A stretch of DNA of 64,000 nt, taken from IMG/VR virus record IMGVR_UViG_3300042542_005279, positions 1-64,000 of that record; one strand, given 5' to 3'. Each line of letters begins with the position of its first letter. Within the stretch, counting starts at the first letter, position 1. The notes beneath the pieces were generated by a model. It worked only from the letters and a program-made list of their open reading frames with translations. It did no database searches and was not told the origin of the DNA. A program made the position numbers and the translations under genes. Shown here piece after piece: positions 9,194 through 17,646 of the stretch. This DNA is from a virus.

Positions 9194-9681
9194 ATTCTGT
9201 TTGAGTGAATTTCTAAAGTTTTTCTTTCTTGTTCTGTTAAAGAGTACATTCCTTCGGAATTTATCTTATCTAAAATATCATCCAAAGATAGTGTTTTTTG
9301 TTCAGATTTCACACTTTCCTTTTCTTTTTTTCGGGTCTGTGCGTTATCTAAATCAAGTATGTTATCTTCATAAATATCATTTAGGTCCGTTTCAGTGATA
9401 CCAAACAGGTGTGAGTGTATGTCAATAGGTAAAGAAGTATAGACCAAATCAGTATATGGTGTCAGAAAATAAAGAGTAGTAGTATCTCTAAGTAATTCAT
9501 CTACAAATAGATATACTTCCTCCTTATCTACACTTGAAATGAAATTCATTACAATAGTAGCGTCTCCATAAGTGAATTTAGTTTCTTCGGTATCAGAAAT
9601 TATTGAAATGGATTTTGCAACTGAGTTGACATACTTAGTTTTACCTTTGAAGTCACCAAAAACAATTAAAAGATATTTCAT
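9190..9681 (-). CDS. Hypothetical protein with C-terminal DUF6576-like motif
   Basis: LDDILDKINSEGMYSLTEQERKTL; start moved to ATG 9681 (MKYLL), just downstream of a promoter; ATGA-coupled to the sigma gene. Confidence 0.65.
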   Translation of the reverse strand: MKYLLIVFGDFKGKTKYVNSVAKSISIISDTEETKFTYGDATIVMNFISSVDKEEVYLFVDELLRDTTTLYFLTPYTDLVYTSLPIDIHSHLFGITETDLNDIYEDNILDLDNAQTRKKEKESVKSEQKTLSLDDILDKINSEGMYSLTEQERKTLEIHSNRI

Positions 9682-9697
9682 ATCGTAGATTATTTTA

Positions 9698-9730
9698 CAA
9701 ATATAAGGATATTTATTGGATAAACACAAA
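9698..9730 (-). promoter_or_regulatory. Bacteroidota-type housekeeping promoter TTTG-N21-TATATTTG
   Basis: - strand TTTG (9727-9730), 21-nt spacer, TATATTTG (9698-9705); matches the -33 TTTG / -7 TAnnTTTG consensus. Confidence 0.6.
9710..9716 (+). promoter_or_regulatory. TATTTAT motif (putative late promoter) for 9738..10406
   Basis: Same motif and same orientation relative to the gene as at the other sites. Confidence 0.5.
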
Positions 9731-9737
9731 TAGTTTT

Positions 9738-10406
9738 ATGAAAAAAATAGTTAAGTTAACCGAAAACCAACTTATTCGTCAAATAAGAAACTCAATATCA
9801 AAAAATTTAAATGAGTCGGATTATTCTACCGACATTGAGAGGGGAACTCAGCCAAGGGAATACGATGTTAAATCAATATTTGGTGATAAATATTCAAGAT
9901 ATATTCCAAATGATGTTATTAGATATATGAGAAAAAATCCATATCAAATTATAAAAAGATTATATGACATTTATGGTGAGGATGTGTACATGTATTTGGA
10001 TAGAGCAAAAGGTAAACCAAGTTCTGATGAGGGTGTTGAGATGATGGATGATGAAATGATGACGGAGGCTTTTGAAGAAGAAGATGATAATTTTGATTAT
10101 GGAGATGATGAAGGAGAGGAATCTGATAGTTTTATGGAACGATTAAAATCGGTAGTTGAGGGTAATGAGGATTTAGAGGATTATGATATTGAAGAGATTT
10201 TTTCATACACAGGACCTAAAAGAAGTTTTAGAGGTTCGATATATGTAGATGGAATTGTTCCTGAAACAGAAGATAAAGAATTTGACAGGAAAGTTGCAAT
10301 TAAAATTATGGAATATTTTGCTAAGAAAACTGAAGCCAACCAATATGTCGGTGGTGTCGGATTCAAAAGACGAGATATTACAAAACCTTACGATACAGAT
10401 TTCTAA
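9738..10406 (+). CDS. Acidic hypothetical protein with N-terminal KKIVKLTENQL tag; candidate internal head protein
   Basis: N-terminus resembles internal IKLTEEEMIDLI of 2885..4105; own upstream motif and terminator. Confidence 0.7.
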   Translation: MKKIVKLTENQLIRQIRNSISKNLNESDYSTDIERGTQPREYDVKSIFGDKYSRYIPNDVIRYMRKNPYQIIKRLYDIYGEDVYMYLDRAKGKPSSDEGVEMMDDEMMTEAFEEEDDNFDYGDDEGEESDSFMERLKSVVEGNEDLEDYDIEEIFSYTGPKRSFRGSIYVDGIVPETEDKEFDRKVAIKIMEYFAKKTEANQYVGGVGFKRRDITKPYDTDF

Positions 10407-10440
10407 AAAGAAACCCCTCTCAAACGGAGGGGTTTTTTGT
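10407..10440. terminator. Bidirectional intrinsic terminator between convergent genes
   Basis: AAACCCCTC-TCAAACG-GAGGGGTTT with A/T runs on both sides. Confidence 0.85.
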
Positions 10441-12773
10441 TATTGAATAACTCTACTCACATTATCTTCTTTTTTCACTTTAACCACATTATCAGCCCAA
10501 TTAGTTACAAGTGGGTTATGTGTGATAAGGAAAATCTTCTCAAAATAATCTTTAATTTTTACGAAAAACTCAAATACCATATCCATATTTTCGTTTGATA
10601 TTTTTCCAAATACCTCGTCCATAACAATTATGTTTGGTTTTGGTAATGAACATACCTTACTTAATACGGCTCTTAACGCTAAAGATGCAATTGTCTTTTC
10701 AAACCCCGAGCCTGATGTCATAAGTTTTTCAACTTGTGTATTGTTATCAATCATAACAAACTCAACCTCGTTTTTATCGTTGATTCTGATTTCAAGTTTG
10801 AAGTATGATGAGTCCTGTAACAACCTTTGAAGTTCTGAATTTATTACCGGCATCATGGTTTTCATAATTGATTTTGTGATGCCATTTTTTCCGAAGATTT
10901 CCAAATATAACTTATAGATTTTTTCTCTTTCGGACTCCTCAGAAATTCTTTGAATATAACCAAAGTTATCTTTGATTTTCTTATTCAATGTCTCAATTTG
11001 AAATCTTAACTGGTTAATCTCGTTGTTATATCGGGTTTGTTCTTGGTTTAACTCATCCATGCGAAGTTCCGCCTTGATAAGTTTGGTTTCAATTGTTTTG
11101 TTTTCCTCAATTTTGGTTTGGGCCTTATAATACTGCTCTAACTTATCTTTGATGGATGAGATTTTCAGATTATTGCTTTCAACATTAACCTCATATTTTT
11201 CTTTGATAAGTTTGTTTTTTTCATACTCATCAAACTCCTTTTTTAACTGTGTAAATTGTTTTTCTTTGACTGATAAATCATTCATTAACCCCACTATTTG
11301 GTCTTTTTTCGTGTTAAATGATTCAAGTTCCGATAGTTTTGTTTTGGTAATTTCGGCGTTTAACAACTCAATTCCACAGTGCTCACACTTAATACCTCCC
11401 GACACAGATTTCGCCAATTCATTTAAGTTATTGATTTTTGATTCAACCTCAAATTTCTTTTTTAACTCAGCGTTATAACTTTCTTTGATTTTGTCATGTT
11501 TATCTTCATGGTAATAAGATGTTGGTTCAACAACATTTAGTTTTGAGATTTCATTTGAAATTCTAACATTTTCACCCTCGTGTTTGGTTATCTCCGTTTT
11601 AAGATTATCAGGGTTTAATATCGCAATTGAATTATCAATATCGTTGTGTTTATTGGAAATAAGGTCATCTCTATATTTCTGACCCGTTTGAATTCTTTGT
11701 CTTACATCTTCCAGTAGTTTTTCGATTTCATCAATTCTATTTTCGTTTTCACCGATTTTCAATTCAGATTCTTCAATTTCTTGTTTTAACTTCTCTGAAT
11801 TATAGATGTTAGATATCATCGACTTGGAATACTCACTATAAAGTTCCTTTCCTGCTTCCTCTTTCCTTTTTAGAAAATCCAATCCCAAGAATCTTGATAA
11901 CACTTGTCCCCTCGCAGTTGGTTTTGACTCCAACAAATCTTCCAAGTTTGACGCTGTTGTAAGAATTGTCATCAAAAAGTCATCCATTTCACCAATAGAT
12001 TTTTTGATGAAGTTTTCGGTTTCGCGTCTTTGCTCTCCCGTAAAATTCTGCAATGAACCATCATGTAATTTCTTAAAGAAATCCAAATTGGTTTTTACAT
12101 TCCATTCCCCCGCCTTTGACAACTTTCTTTCGATGGTCCGAACCAAAATGTATTCTTCCCCATCAATTAATATATCACCTCTGACATGAACTTTGTTTTT
12201 GTCTGTGAATCGATTAAATATCTCCTCAGCCTTTTGTGTTTTGGTTGTTGTATTGAAAAATAAAAACAATAACAAATCCACAGTAAGGACGGTCTTACCC
12301 CCAAAATTAGGGGGGTCTGACTCTACCACCGCAATACCATTACATTTTTCAAAATCAATTACTTGGTCATCACCATATGATAAGAAGTTTGAAAACTCAA
12401 TTCGTTTTATATACCACTTCTTAAATGGTGTAACCTCGGTTTCATTTAATATTAACTTGTTTTCAACTTGTGAATCAATTTTGAGGATTTCATCAAACAT
12501 ATCTTCTTGAGATTTTGCTTTTAGAACTCCTCTAATTAATTCTTTTTGGTAGTTTTGGTCTAATATATTAAATGAAATATCAACTGATTGAACCTCGTCG
12601 GTATTGGTTTGTTTTACTTTTGTTATGACATTAACATTGTTGGACAGATACTTTTTTTGAAAGTATTGTTTAACACTTTTGATTTTTTCTTGTGTGAAAT
12701 TTTCGGGCGTGTCTTCCCACACTACTTGAACGTAGGGGTTATCTAAGTTTTGTATATCCAACTTGTTTGTCAT
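10440..12773 (-). CDS. sbcC: SbcC/Rad50/gp46-like ABC ATPase with an extra N-terminal domain
   Basis: IEFSNFLSYG; Walker A variant PPNFGGKT; zinc hook CEHC in a coiled coil; signature SGSGFEK; Walker B IIVMDEVFG; ITH. Start set at ATG 12773 to avoid overlap with 12784..12990. Confidence 0.9.
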   Translation of the reverse strand: MTNKLDIQNLDNPYVQVVWEDTPENFTQEKIKSVKQYFQKKYLSNNVNVITKVKQTNTDEVQSVDISFNILDQNYQKELIRGVLKAKSQEDMFDEILKIDSQVENKLILNETEVTPFKKWYIKRIEFSNFLSYGDDQVIDFEKCNGIAVVESDPPNFGGKTVLTVDLLLFLFFNTTTKTQKAEEIFNRFTDKNKVHVRGDILIDGEEYILVRTIERKLSKAGEWNVKTNLDFFKKLHDGSLQNFTGEQRRETENFIKKSIGEMDDFLMTILTTASNLEDLLESKPTARGQVLSRFLGLDFLKRKEEAGKELYSEYSKSMISNIYNSEKLKQEIEESELKIGENENRIDEIEKLLEDVRQRIQTGQKYRDDLISNKHNDIDNSIAILNPDNLKTEITKHEGENVRISNEISKLNVVEPTSYYHEDKHDKIKESYNAELKKKFEVESKINNLNELAKSVSGGIKCEHCGIELLNAEITKTKLSELESFNTKKDQIVGLMNDLSVKEKQFTQLKKEFDEYEKNKLIKEKYEVNVESNNLKISSIKDKLEQYYKAQTKIEENKTIETKLIKAELRMDELNQEQTRYNNEINQLRFQIETLNKKIKDNFGYIQRISEESEREKIYKLYLEIFGKNGITKSIMKTMMPVINSELQRLLQDSSYFKLEIRINDKNEVEFVMIDNNTQVEKLMTSGSGFEKTIASLALRAVLSKVCSLPKPNIIVMDEVFGKISNENMDMVFEFFVKIKDYFEKIFLITHNPLVTNWADNVVKVKKEDNVSRVIQ

Positions 12774-12783
12774 ATTTGTGTAA

Positions 12784-12990
12784 TTATAGTTCGGAGGGGG
12801 GTTGAATAAGTTCAGCGTCTTGGACTGATTGATTTTCTGTTTCACCTGATGCTTGTGCTCTGATTTCTTCAATTTGTTTCATCATCATCTCTTGCATTTT
12901 GAGTTGCATGTTCTTCTGTTGCCCCTGAATTCGTTGGGTTCTTGCACGAGATTTCTTTTTTTGGTCTTTTCTGTGTTTTGGTCTTGGCAT
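12784..12990 (-). CDS. Small basic hypothetical protein
   Basis: MPRPKHRKDQKKKSRAR; fits the operon spacing. Confidence 0.65.
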   Translation of the reverse strand: MPRPKHRKDQKKKSRARTQRIQGQQKNMQLKMQEMMMKQIEEIRAQASGETENQSVQDAELIQPPSEL

Positions 12991-12993
12991 AAT

Positions 12994-13353
12994 TTATTGT
13001 ATTTGATTGTTATTATTTGGTCGGTTTTGTTCAAACCATTCAATTACTGCGTTGATTGCCCATGCTGCTCCTGAGGATAACAAACCATCAAATATCCAAG
13101 ATACATAATGATTTACTCCAAGAATTTCATGAACAGGTGAATAAACAAATAACCCTAAAAAGAATCCCAACCACACTCCAAAACACATGATACACTGAAT
13201 CATGTCTGAGATGAACTTAAAGGTTGATGCTCCGGGAATTGTTGTATTTCCCAAATCGTATATGGTTTGTCTGAAACCACTAAAAATTTTTCCATAAACG
13301 ACAACATTAGCGGTTCCGTATGCTAATATCATCCATAAAATAAGTGCTGTCAT
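12994..13353 (-). CDS. DUF1360-like membrane protein
   Basis: Three hydrophobic segments and a CIMCFGVW (CxxCxxxW) motif. Confidence 0.6.
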   Translation of the reverse strand: MTALILWMILAYGTANVVVYGKIFSGFRQTIYDLGNTTIPGASTFKFISDMIQCIMCFGVWLGFFLGLFVYSPVHEILGVNHYVSWIFDGLLSSGAAWAINAVIEWFEQNRPNNNNQIQ

Positions 13354-13748
13354 AATCTTGTTGATAAATTTGAATTTGTATGGTATACGGCTCCTCGAGA
13401 TAAAACTACCTCTCTAAACTGGTCAGCCATTTCCTGTAATTGATTTATTTTTTCGTCTCTTAATTGTAGTTCTTTTTTTAATGTCTGTAAAGTACCCTCC
13501 AACAATTTCATCTTGGTGTCATCACATGGTTTATCAACAATTTTTTCAACCACTTTTTCCACTTCAATTTCTATTACTTCAGGTTCTTTACCGTTGATTA
13601 GACCATATTTGTCTATCGCGTATCCTTTTTTGTAACAATAATGAATATATTTTGTTACATCTTCAATGTTGTTTAACTTGCAAAATACTTCAACATCTTT
13701 TACTTCTTTATCTGTTAAATTAATGATTAACGAGTCGTTCGGTTCCAT
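13350..13748 (-). CDS. Hypothetical coiled-coil protein
   Basis: EVEKVVEKIV repeat followed by a coiled coil; ATAA overlap. Confidence 0.65.
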   Translation of the reverse strand: MEPNDSLIINLTDKEVKDVEVFCKLNNIEDVTKYIHYCYKKGYAIDKYGLINGKEPEVIEIEVEKVVEKIVDKPCDDTKMKLLEGTLQTLKKELQLRDEKINQLQEMADQFREVVLSRGAVYHTNSNLSTRL

Positions 13749-14499
13749 CTACTAAATCTTCTATTGAGTTTATTTTGAATGACAAAAATGGTTTTGGGTT
13801 AAATAAATCTACAAACTTATATTCATCGTTTTGAGCATCATAGATTCCATATCCATGTTTGTTTATTGTTTCACCATAGTTTTGTTGAATTGTTGAGCCT
13901 ATCATATAGGCTTTCTTTCTACCTGGTATATCAAACACTTGTCTTTTGTGAATATCCCCACATAATACCAAGTCGCAACCTTCGAACTTTGATGACTCAA
14001 AACCTGAATCAAATTTATATCCGATGTCAGTTGTTAGTCCTTGAATTGGTCCGTGAAATAATCCAATGTTTAACTTTCCATTTTGGGGTATTTCAGGTGG
14101 TATGTTATGGTCCATAAGTGAATACACACACCAATTGATATTATCATCTTCATACACTCCCCTATTTTTATAATAAAACACATTTTCGTTTTTTAGGGAA
14201 TCAATTATTGGTGTTAATGTATCCAACCTTGATTGGTTATTTTCCAAAAAGTCGTGATTTCCGATAATCAATATTGTTTTTGCAATTTTGGAACATTCTG
14301 TAAGTATCCAAGCAACAAACTCAACAAGTTCTGGCGTCATTTGGTTCTTACTATGGACCAAATCACCGGTAAATACAATCCTATCAGGAGCAACTTGTTT
14401 CCACTGCTCAAACGCATCGGTCATTATCTTACGATATAACTCGTGGTCTTTAAACAATCTAATATGTAAATCCGAGAAGTGGATAAGTTTATTAATCAT
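13720..14499 (-). CDS. sbcD: SbcD/Mre11/gp47-like metallophosphoesterase nuclease (catalytic domain only)
   Basis: SDLH, TGDLVH, GNHD, FHG, GDIH, GSTIQQNYGE. Confidence 0.9.
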   Translation of the reverse strand: MINKLIHFSDLHIRLFKDHELYRKIMTDAFEQWKQVAPDRIVFTGDLVHSKNQMTPELVEFVAWILTECSKIAKTILIIGNHDFLENNQSRLDTLTPIIDSLKNENVFYYKNRGVYEDDNINWCVYSLMDHNIPPEIPQNGKLNIGLFHGPIQGLTTDIGYKFDSGFESSKFEGCDLVLCGDIHKRQVFDIPGRKKAYMIGSTIQQNYGETINKHGYGIYDAQNDEYKFVDLFNPKPFLSFKINSIEDLVDGTERLVNH

Positions 14500-14725
14500 T
14501 TGTTTCTTCTATTTCAAAAGGATTAAATTCTGAATTAACATGACCACATTTTTCGCACATATAAACCGGAAATGGTACGTCAGTGTCTTTTGGGGTTGCG
14601 GTTAATATCTTTGATACTCGTTTGATAATCACGACCTCTTTGAAGAACATGCCGCCACAACTATCACAAGTAACGGTGGGTTGGTCCCGTAGGTCAATTT
14701 TTGGTTTTCCAATGTCTAAATCCAT
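14492..14725 (-). CDS. Small zinc-ribbon protein
   Basis: CDSCGG...CEKCGH. Confidence 0.7.
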   Translation of the reverse strand: MDLDIGKPKIDLRDQPTVTCDSCGGMFFKEVVIIKRVSKILTATPKDTDVPFPVYMCEKCGHVNSEFNPFEIEETND

Positions 14726-14738
14726 ATTTTATTTTTTA

Positions 14739-15620
14739 TTAGTTTATTTCAACATTAAGTTTAACAATTTTTGAAACAAAATCATCAATTATTTTTTTAT
14801 TGTTTTCTTGCGTCTCACCTGTTACCAAGTCAAGATTTTTAAGTTTTTCAATATTTTTCATCAGTTTTTCCAAATCAATATTCTTAATAGAATTCATTGT
14901 ACTTGAAACATCTGATTTTATTTTATCAACTTTTCCAGTTTTATAATAATCAAATCTAACATTTGTAATTATCTTAATCAATTCATCTTCATCCCAACCT
15001 TTATCAACAAACCAATCAATTCCAACGGTGAGGTCTTCGGGGTTAAACAAATCCATAGTGGGGTTAAAGAAAACTTCCAAATCTTGATTTTTTTGAATCA
15101 AAATTGCCATCTTATTTGCTTTGGGATTATCATTTTTTTTATCAATGACATAAATCAAATGGTTATTTCTTGTATATTGTTTAAATGTTTGTTCATTTGT
15201 TCTTGATGCGGTACACCACCTTGTGCTAGCACCATATTTCAATGAACCCTTATAAGTTAGTGGTCTTAATGCGAGATATCTATCCGTTTCATAAATCACA
15301 TCTACATTACCCTCCCTTACAAATTCTTTATCAAACTTTATTTGCTCAGCGTTGTGAACAATAGCGGATAAAACCTGAAAATTATCATAATACTTGTCGT
15401 AGATGTCTTTGTTTTTGATATATGGTAGTAGTTTATCAAAATTCATTACAGTATTAATGAGTTCTTTGGAATATAATTTATTTGTGCCTTTGTTATTCCA
15501 ATAGTAACACATTCTATCCAAATATTTTTTGGTAGGTGTTTTGTCGGCTTCATTAAATAGGTTAAAACTACTTTCTCTGATACGAGGGTATTTTTCTCTG
15601 ATTGAATCTACTTTTGACAT
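14739..15620 (-). CDS. Phage protein with a YGxxTxWC motif, function unknown
   Basis: RPLTYKGSLKYGASTRWCTAS...FKQY...LIYVIDK. Confidence 0.65.
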   Translation of the reverse strand: MSKVDSIREKYPRIRESSFNLFNEADKTPTKKYLDRMCYYWNNKGTNKLYSKELINTVMNFDKLLPYIKNKDIYDKYYDNFQVLSAIVHNAEQIKFDKEFVREGNVDVIYETDRYLALRPLTYKGSLKYGASTRWCTASRTNEQTFKQYTRNNHLIYVIDKKNDNPKANKMAILIQKNQDLEVFFNPTMDLFNPEDLTVGIDWFVDKGWDEDELIKIITNVRFDYYKTGKVDKIKSDVSSTMNSIKNIDLEKLMKNIEKLKNLDLVTGETQENNKKIIDDFVSKIVKLNVEIN

Positions 15621-15631
15621 TTGATATTATT

Positions 15632-16393
15632 TTAGATTGTTTCCAACATAAGTTTCAATTCGGCCTGTAAATCCTTACAAGGGATTACCTTATAAGTGTC
15701 ATTAACTTCATTAATCCAAACCAAATAAAGGTTTCCAATTTTTAGTCCGGTATTTTTTTCAATGATGTGTTTATACAAGTTCAGTTGTAAAGAATATGTA
15801 TTTAATTCACAATAATCAAGGTGCGAGATTGGTTTTTTGAAATATTGACTGTAAGTGTTTTTGGTTTTAATCTCTTTGTTTGTTTTGTAGTCATAGATTT
15901 CCAACATACCTGACTTTTTATTGTAAAACAAACAATCGACCATACCAGCGATTCCATAATCCAAATCACCAACAACCAACTCCATTTTTACAGGAATTAG
16001 GTTTTCTTTAGCGTCATTATAGAATTTCTTAAATATATCAACACACTTATCAAATCTTTCTTTAATGATGTCCTGACCAAACTTTCTAACAACAGGGATG
16101 GAGTCGTAGGGGAATACTTTATTATGCCACCAGTTCTCGGCAAAATTATGAACCAATGACCCTTTTACAGTTGATACATCTCTTTTTAAATCCCAATCAC
16201 TAATAACGTCCTCAACATTCAATCCGCGTTTTGCGGCATAACTTTCCGCAATATTCTCGGTGTCAAATTTTTCTTTGAATTTACCGATGAATGTTGTCGC
16301 ACTTGTGAGTTCTCTATCACCAACATAATACTTATGTGGTTCATCATAATATTTGATATGAGAGAATTTATTTAATTCTAATATTATTTCCAT
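15632..16393 (-). CDS. PD-(D/E)XK RecB-family exonuclease
   Basis: SATTFI, GSLVH, E, GMVD, IYDYKT, YSLQLNLY. Confidence 0.85.
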   Translation of the reverse strand: MEIILELNKFSHIKYYDEPHKYYVGDRELTSATTFIGKFKEKFDTENIAESYAAKRGLNVEDVISDWDLKRDVSTVKGSLVHNFAENWWHNKVFPYDSIPVVRKFGQDIIKERFDKCVDIFKKFYNDAKENLIPVKMELVVGDLDYGIAGMVDCLFYNKKSGMLEIYDYKTNKEIKTKNTYSQYFKKPISHLDYCELNTYSLQLNLYKHIIEKNTGLKIGNLYLVWINEVNDTYKVIPCKDLQAELKLMLETI

Positions 16394-16418
16394 AAAACTT
16401 TTTCAAAGTTAATATAAT

Positions 16419-17318
16419 TTATTTGATTTCCAAAAAATATTCATCAATTTTTCCTTGCAAATCACACACGTCTTTATCTTCAGGTAATTTTAATACCTTA
16501 ATTTTTCCAAACAATCTTCCACCATTTAATTCATGGTATAACTTAATTGCGTTTTTCCAAGCATCACCATCCAATGCGATAATAATATTTGAGTTAGCTT
16601 TTTCATATATTGTCTCAAAAAGTAATTTGGACATTGTTTTACCTAACATTGCAATTGAATTGGGTAAGAATACCGCATCGAACACACCCTCACACAAATA
16701 AATGTCTTTATTCCAATCAATTAAACTTTCATTGAATATGATTTTGTCTTTCTCGGCTTGGGGATTTTTGTATTTGGACCTTGTTGTTTTATTCCAAGAA
16801 CGAGCGATGAAATAATTTGGTTTTCCTTCCGTATCAAAAGATGGGACGATTATCCTACCAATAAAATCTCCTTTATCACAGAAACCAATTTTATATTTTT
16901 CAATAATATCAGGGGTGATGTTTCGTTCTTTTAAGTAATTCATCGCTTGTTTATAAACAGGATAAACTGGGTTTGAGTCCTTAAACTCTGTATAACCCTC
17001 GGGTAATTGGAATTTTGGTTTTTTGGGTTCTACCTTTTTTTCCTCTTTCGGTTTGAATAAGGAATAGATTTTCTTTTGTTTTTTGGTTCCAAACTCATCA
17101 ATAAGTTTTCCAAGTGCTCCGTGAGTTCCGTTTGAATCTCCGCAAGACCAACACTTAAACACATGTTTTAATACATTGATTTCCAAGTTACCCTTATTAC
17201 TTCCCTCATCACAGTAGGGGCAGTTAAAAGAGTATTGACCCTTACTTTCGTAATGTAATTTCTCCTTACCCAAAAAGGTCCTTACTATATCAACTACTAT
17301 TTCTTGTTCGTCTTGCAT
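16419..17318 (-). CDS. dnaG: DnaG-type DNA primase (zinc finger plus TOPRIM)
   Basis: CPYC...CWSC; YLKER; RIIVP; KYKNP; CEGVFDA; LDGDA; KD. Confidence 0.9.
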   Translation of the reverse strand: MQDEQEIVVDIVRTFLGKEKLHYESKGQYSFNCPYCDEGSNKGNLEINVLKHVFKCWSCGDSNGTHGALGKLIDEFGTKKQKKIYSLFKPKEEKKVEPKKPKFQLPEGYTEFKDSNPVYPVYKQAMNYLKERNITPDIIEKYKIGFCDKGDFIGRIIVPSFDTEGKPNYFIARSWNKTTRSKYKNPQAEKDKIIFNESLIDWNKDIYLCEGVFDAVFLPNSIAMLGKTMSKLLFETIYEKANSNIIIALDGDAWKNAIKLYHELNGGRLFGKIKVLKLPEDKDVCDLQGKIDEYFLEIK

Positions 17319-17324
17319 CACCCT

Positions 17325-17353
17325 AATATAATCAAAAATTTACACCCAATCAA
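17325..17353 (-). promoter_or_regulatory. Promoter TTGATT-N17-TATATT for the primase operon
   Basis: TTGATT at 17348-17353 and TATATT at 17325-17330; ATG only 6 nt downstream, so possibly leaderless. Confidence 0.55.
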
Positions 17354-17403
17354 TATTCACAAGTTTTTCATAAAGGTTATATTTATTATCATAAGTTAAA
17401 TCT

Positions 17404-17643
17404 ATGCCAGTAAATGTAGTTATCAGTGGTGTTACAGGACAATCTCCTTATAATGTTTATATCTGTGATGAAAATGTTATAAATTGTACTTGGGTAAGTC
17501 AAATCACATCGGGACAAATTCCTTATAGTTTTGAATTACCGTTCTTTTATCAAAGTGCCTCTGATTTTGCAGTCAAATTAATTGACTCCAACGGTTGTTC
17601 TGTAATAAAATTGAGTGGCACAACTTATGCCGAATGTTTATAA
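17404..17643 (+). CDS. Small Ig/SprB-like beta-domain protein
   Basis: ISGVTGQSPYNVYICD...VKLIDSNGC; aligns with the N-terminus of 23725..24465; TATTTAT at 17380-17386. Confidence 0.7.
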   Translation: MPVNVVISGVTGQSPYNVYICDENVINCTWVSQITSGQIPYSFELPFFYQSASDFAVKLIDSNGCSVIKLSGTTYAECL

Positions 17644-17646
17644 AAT

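Noticed and set aside
15632-16393. Cas4 / CRISPR system
   Set aside because: No four-Cys Fe-S pattern, no other cas genes and no repeat-spacer array seen
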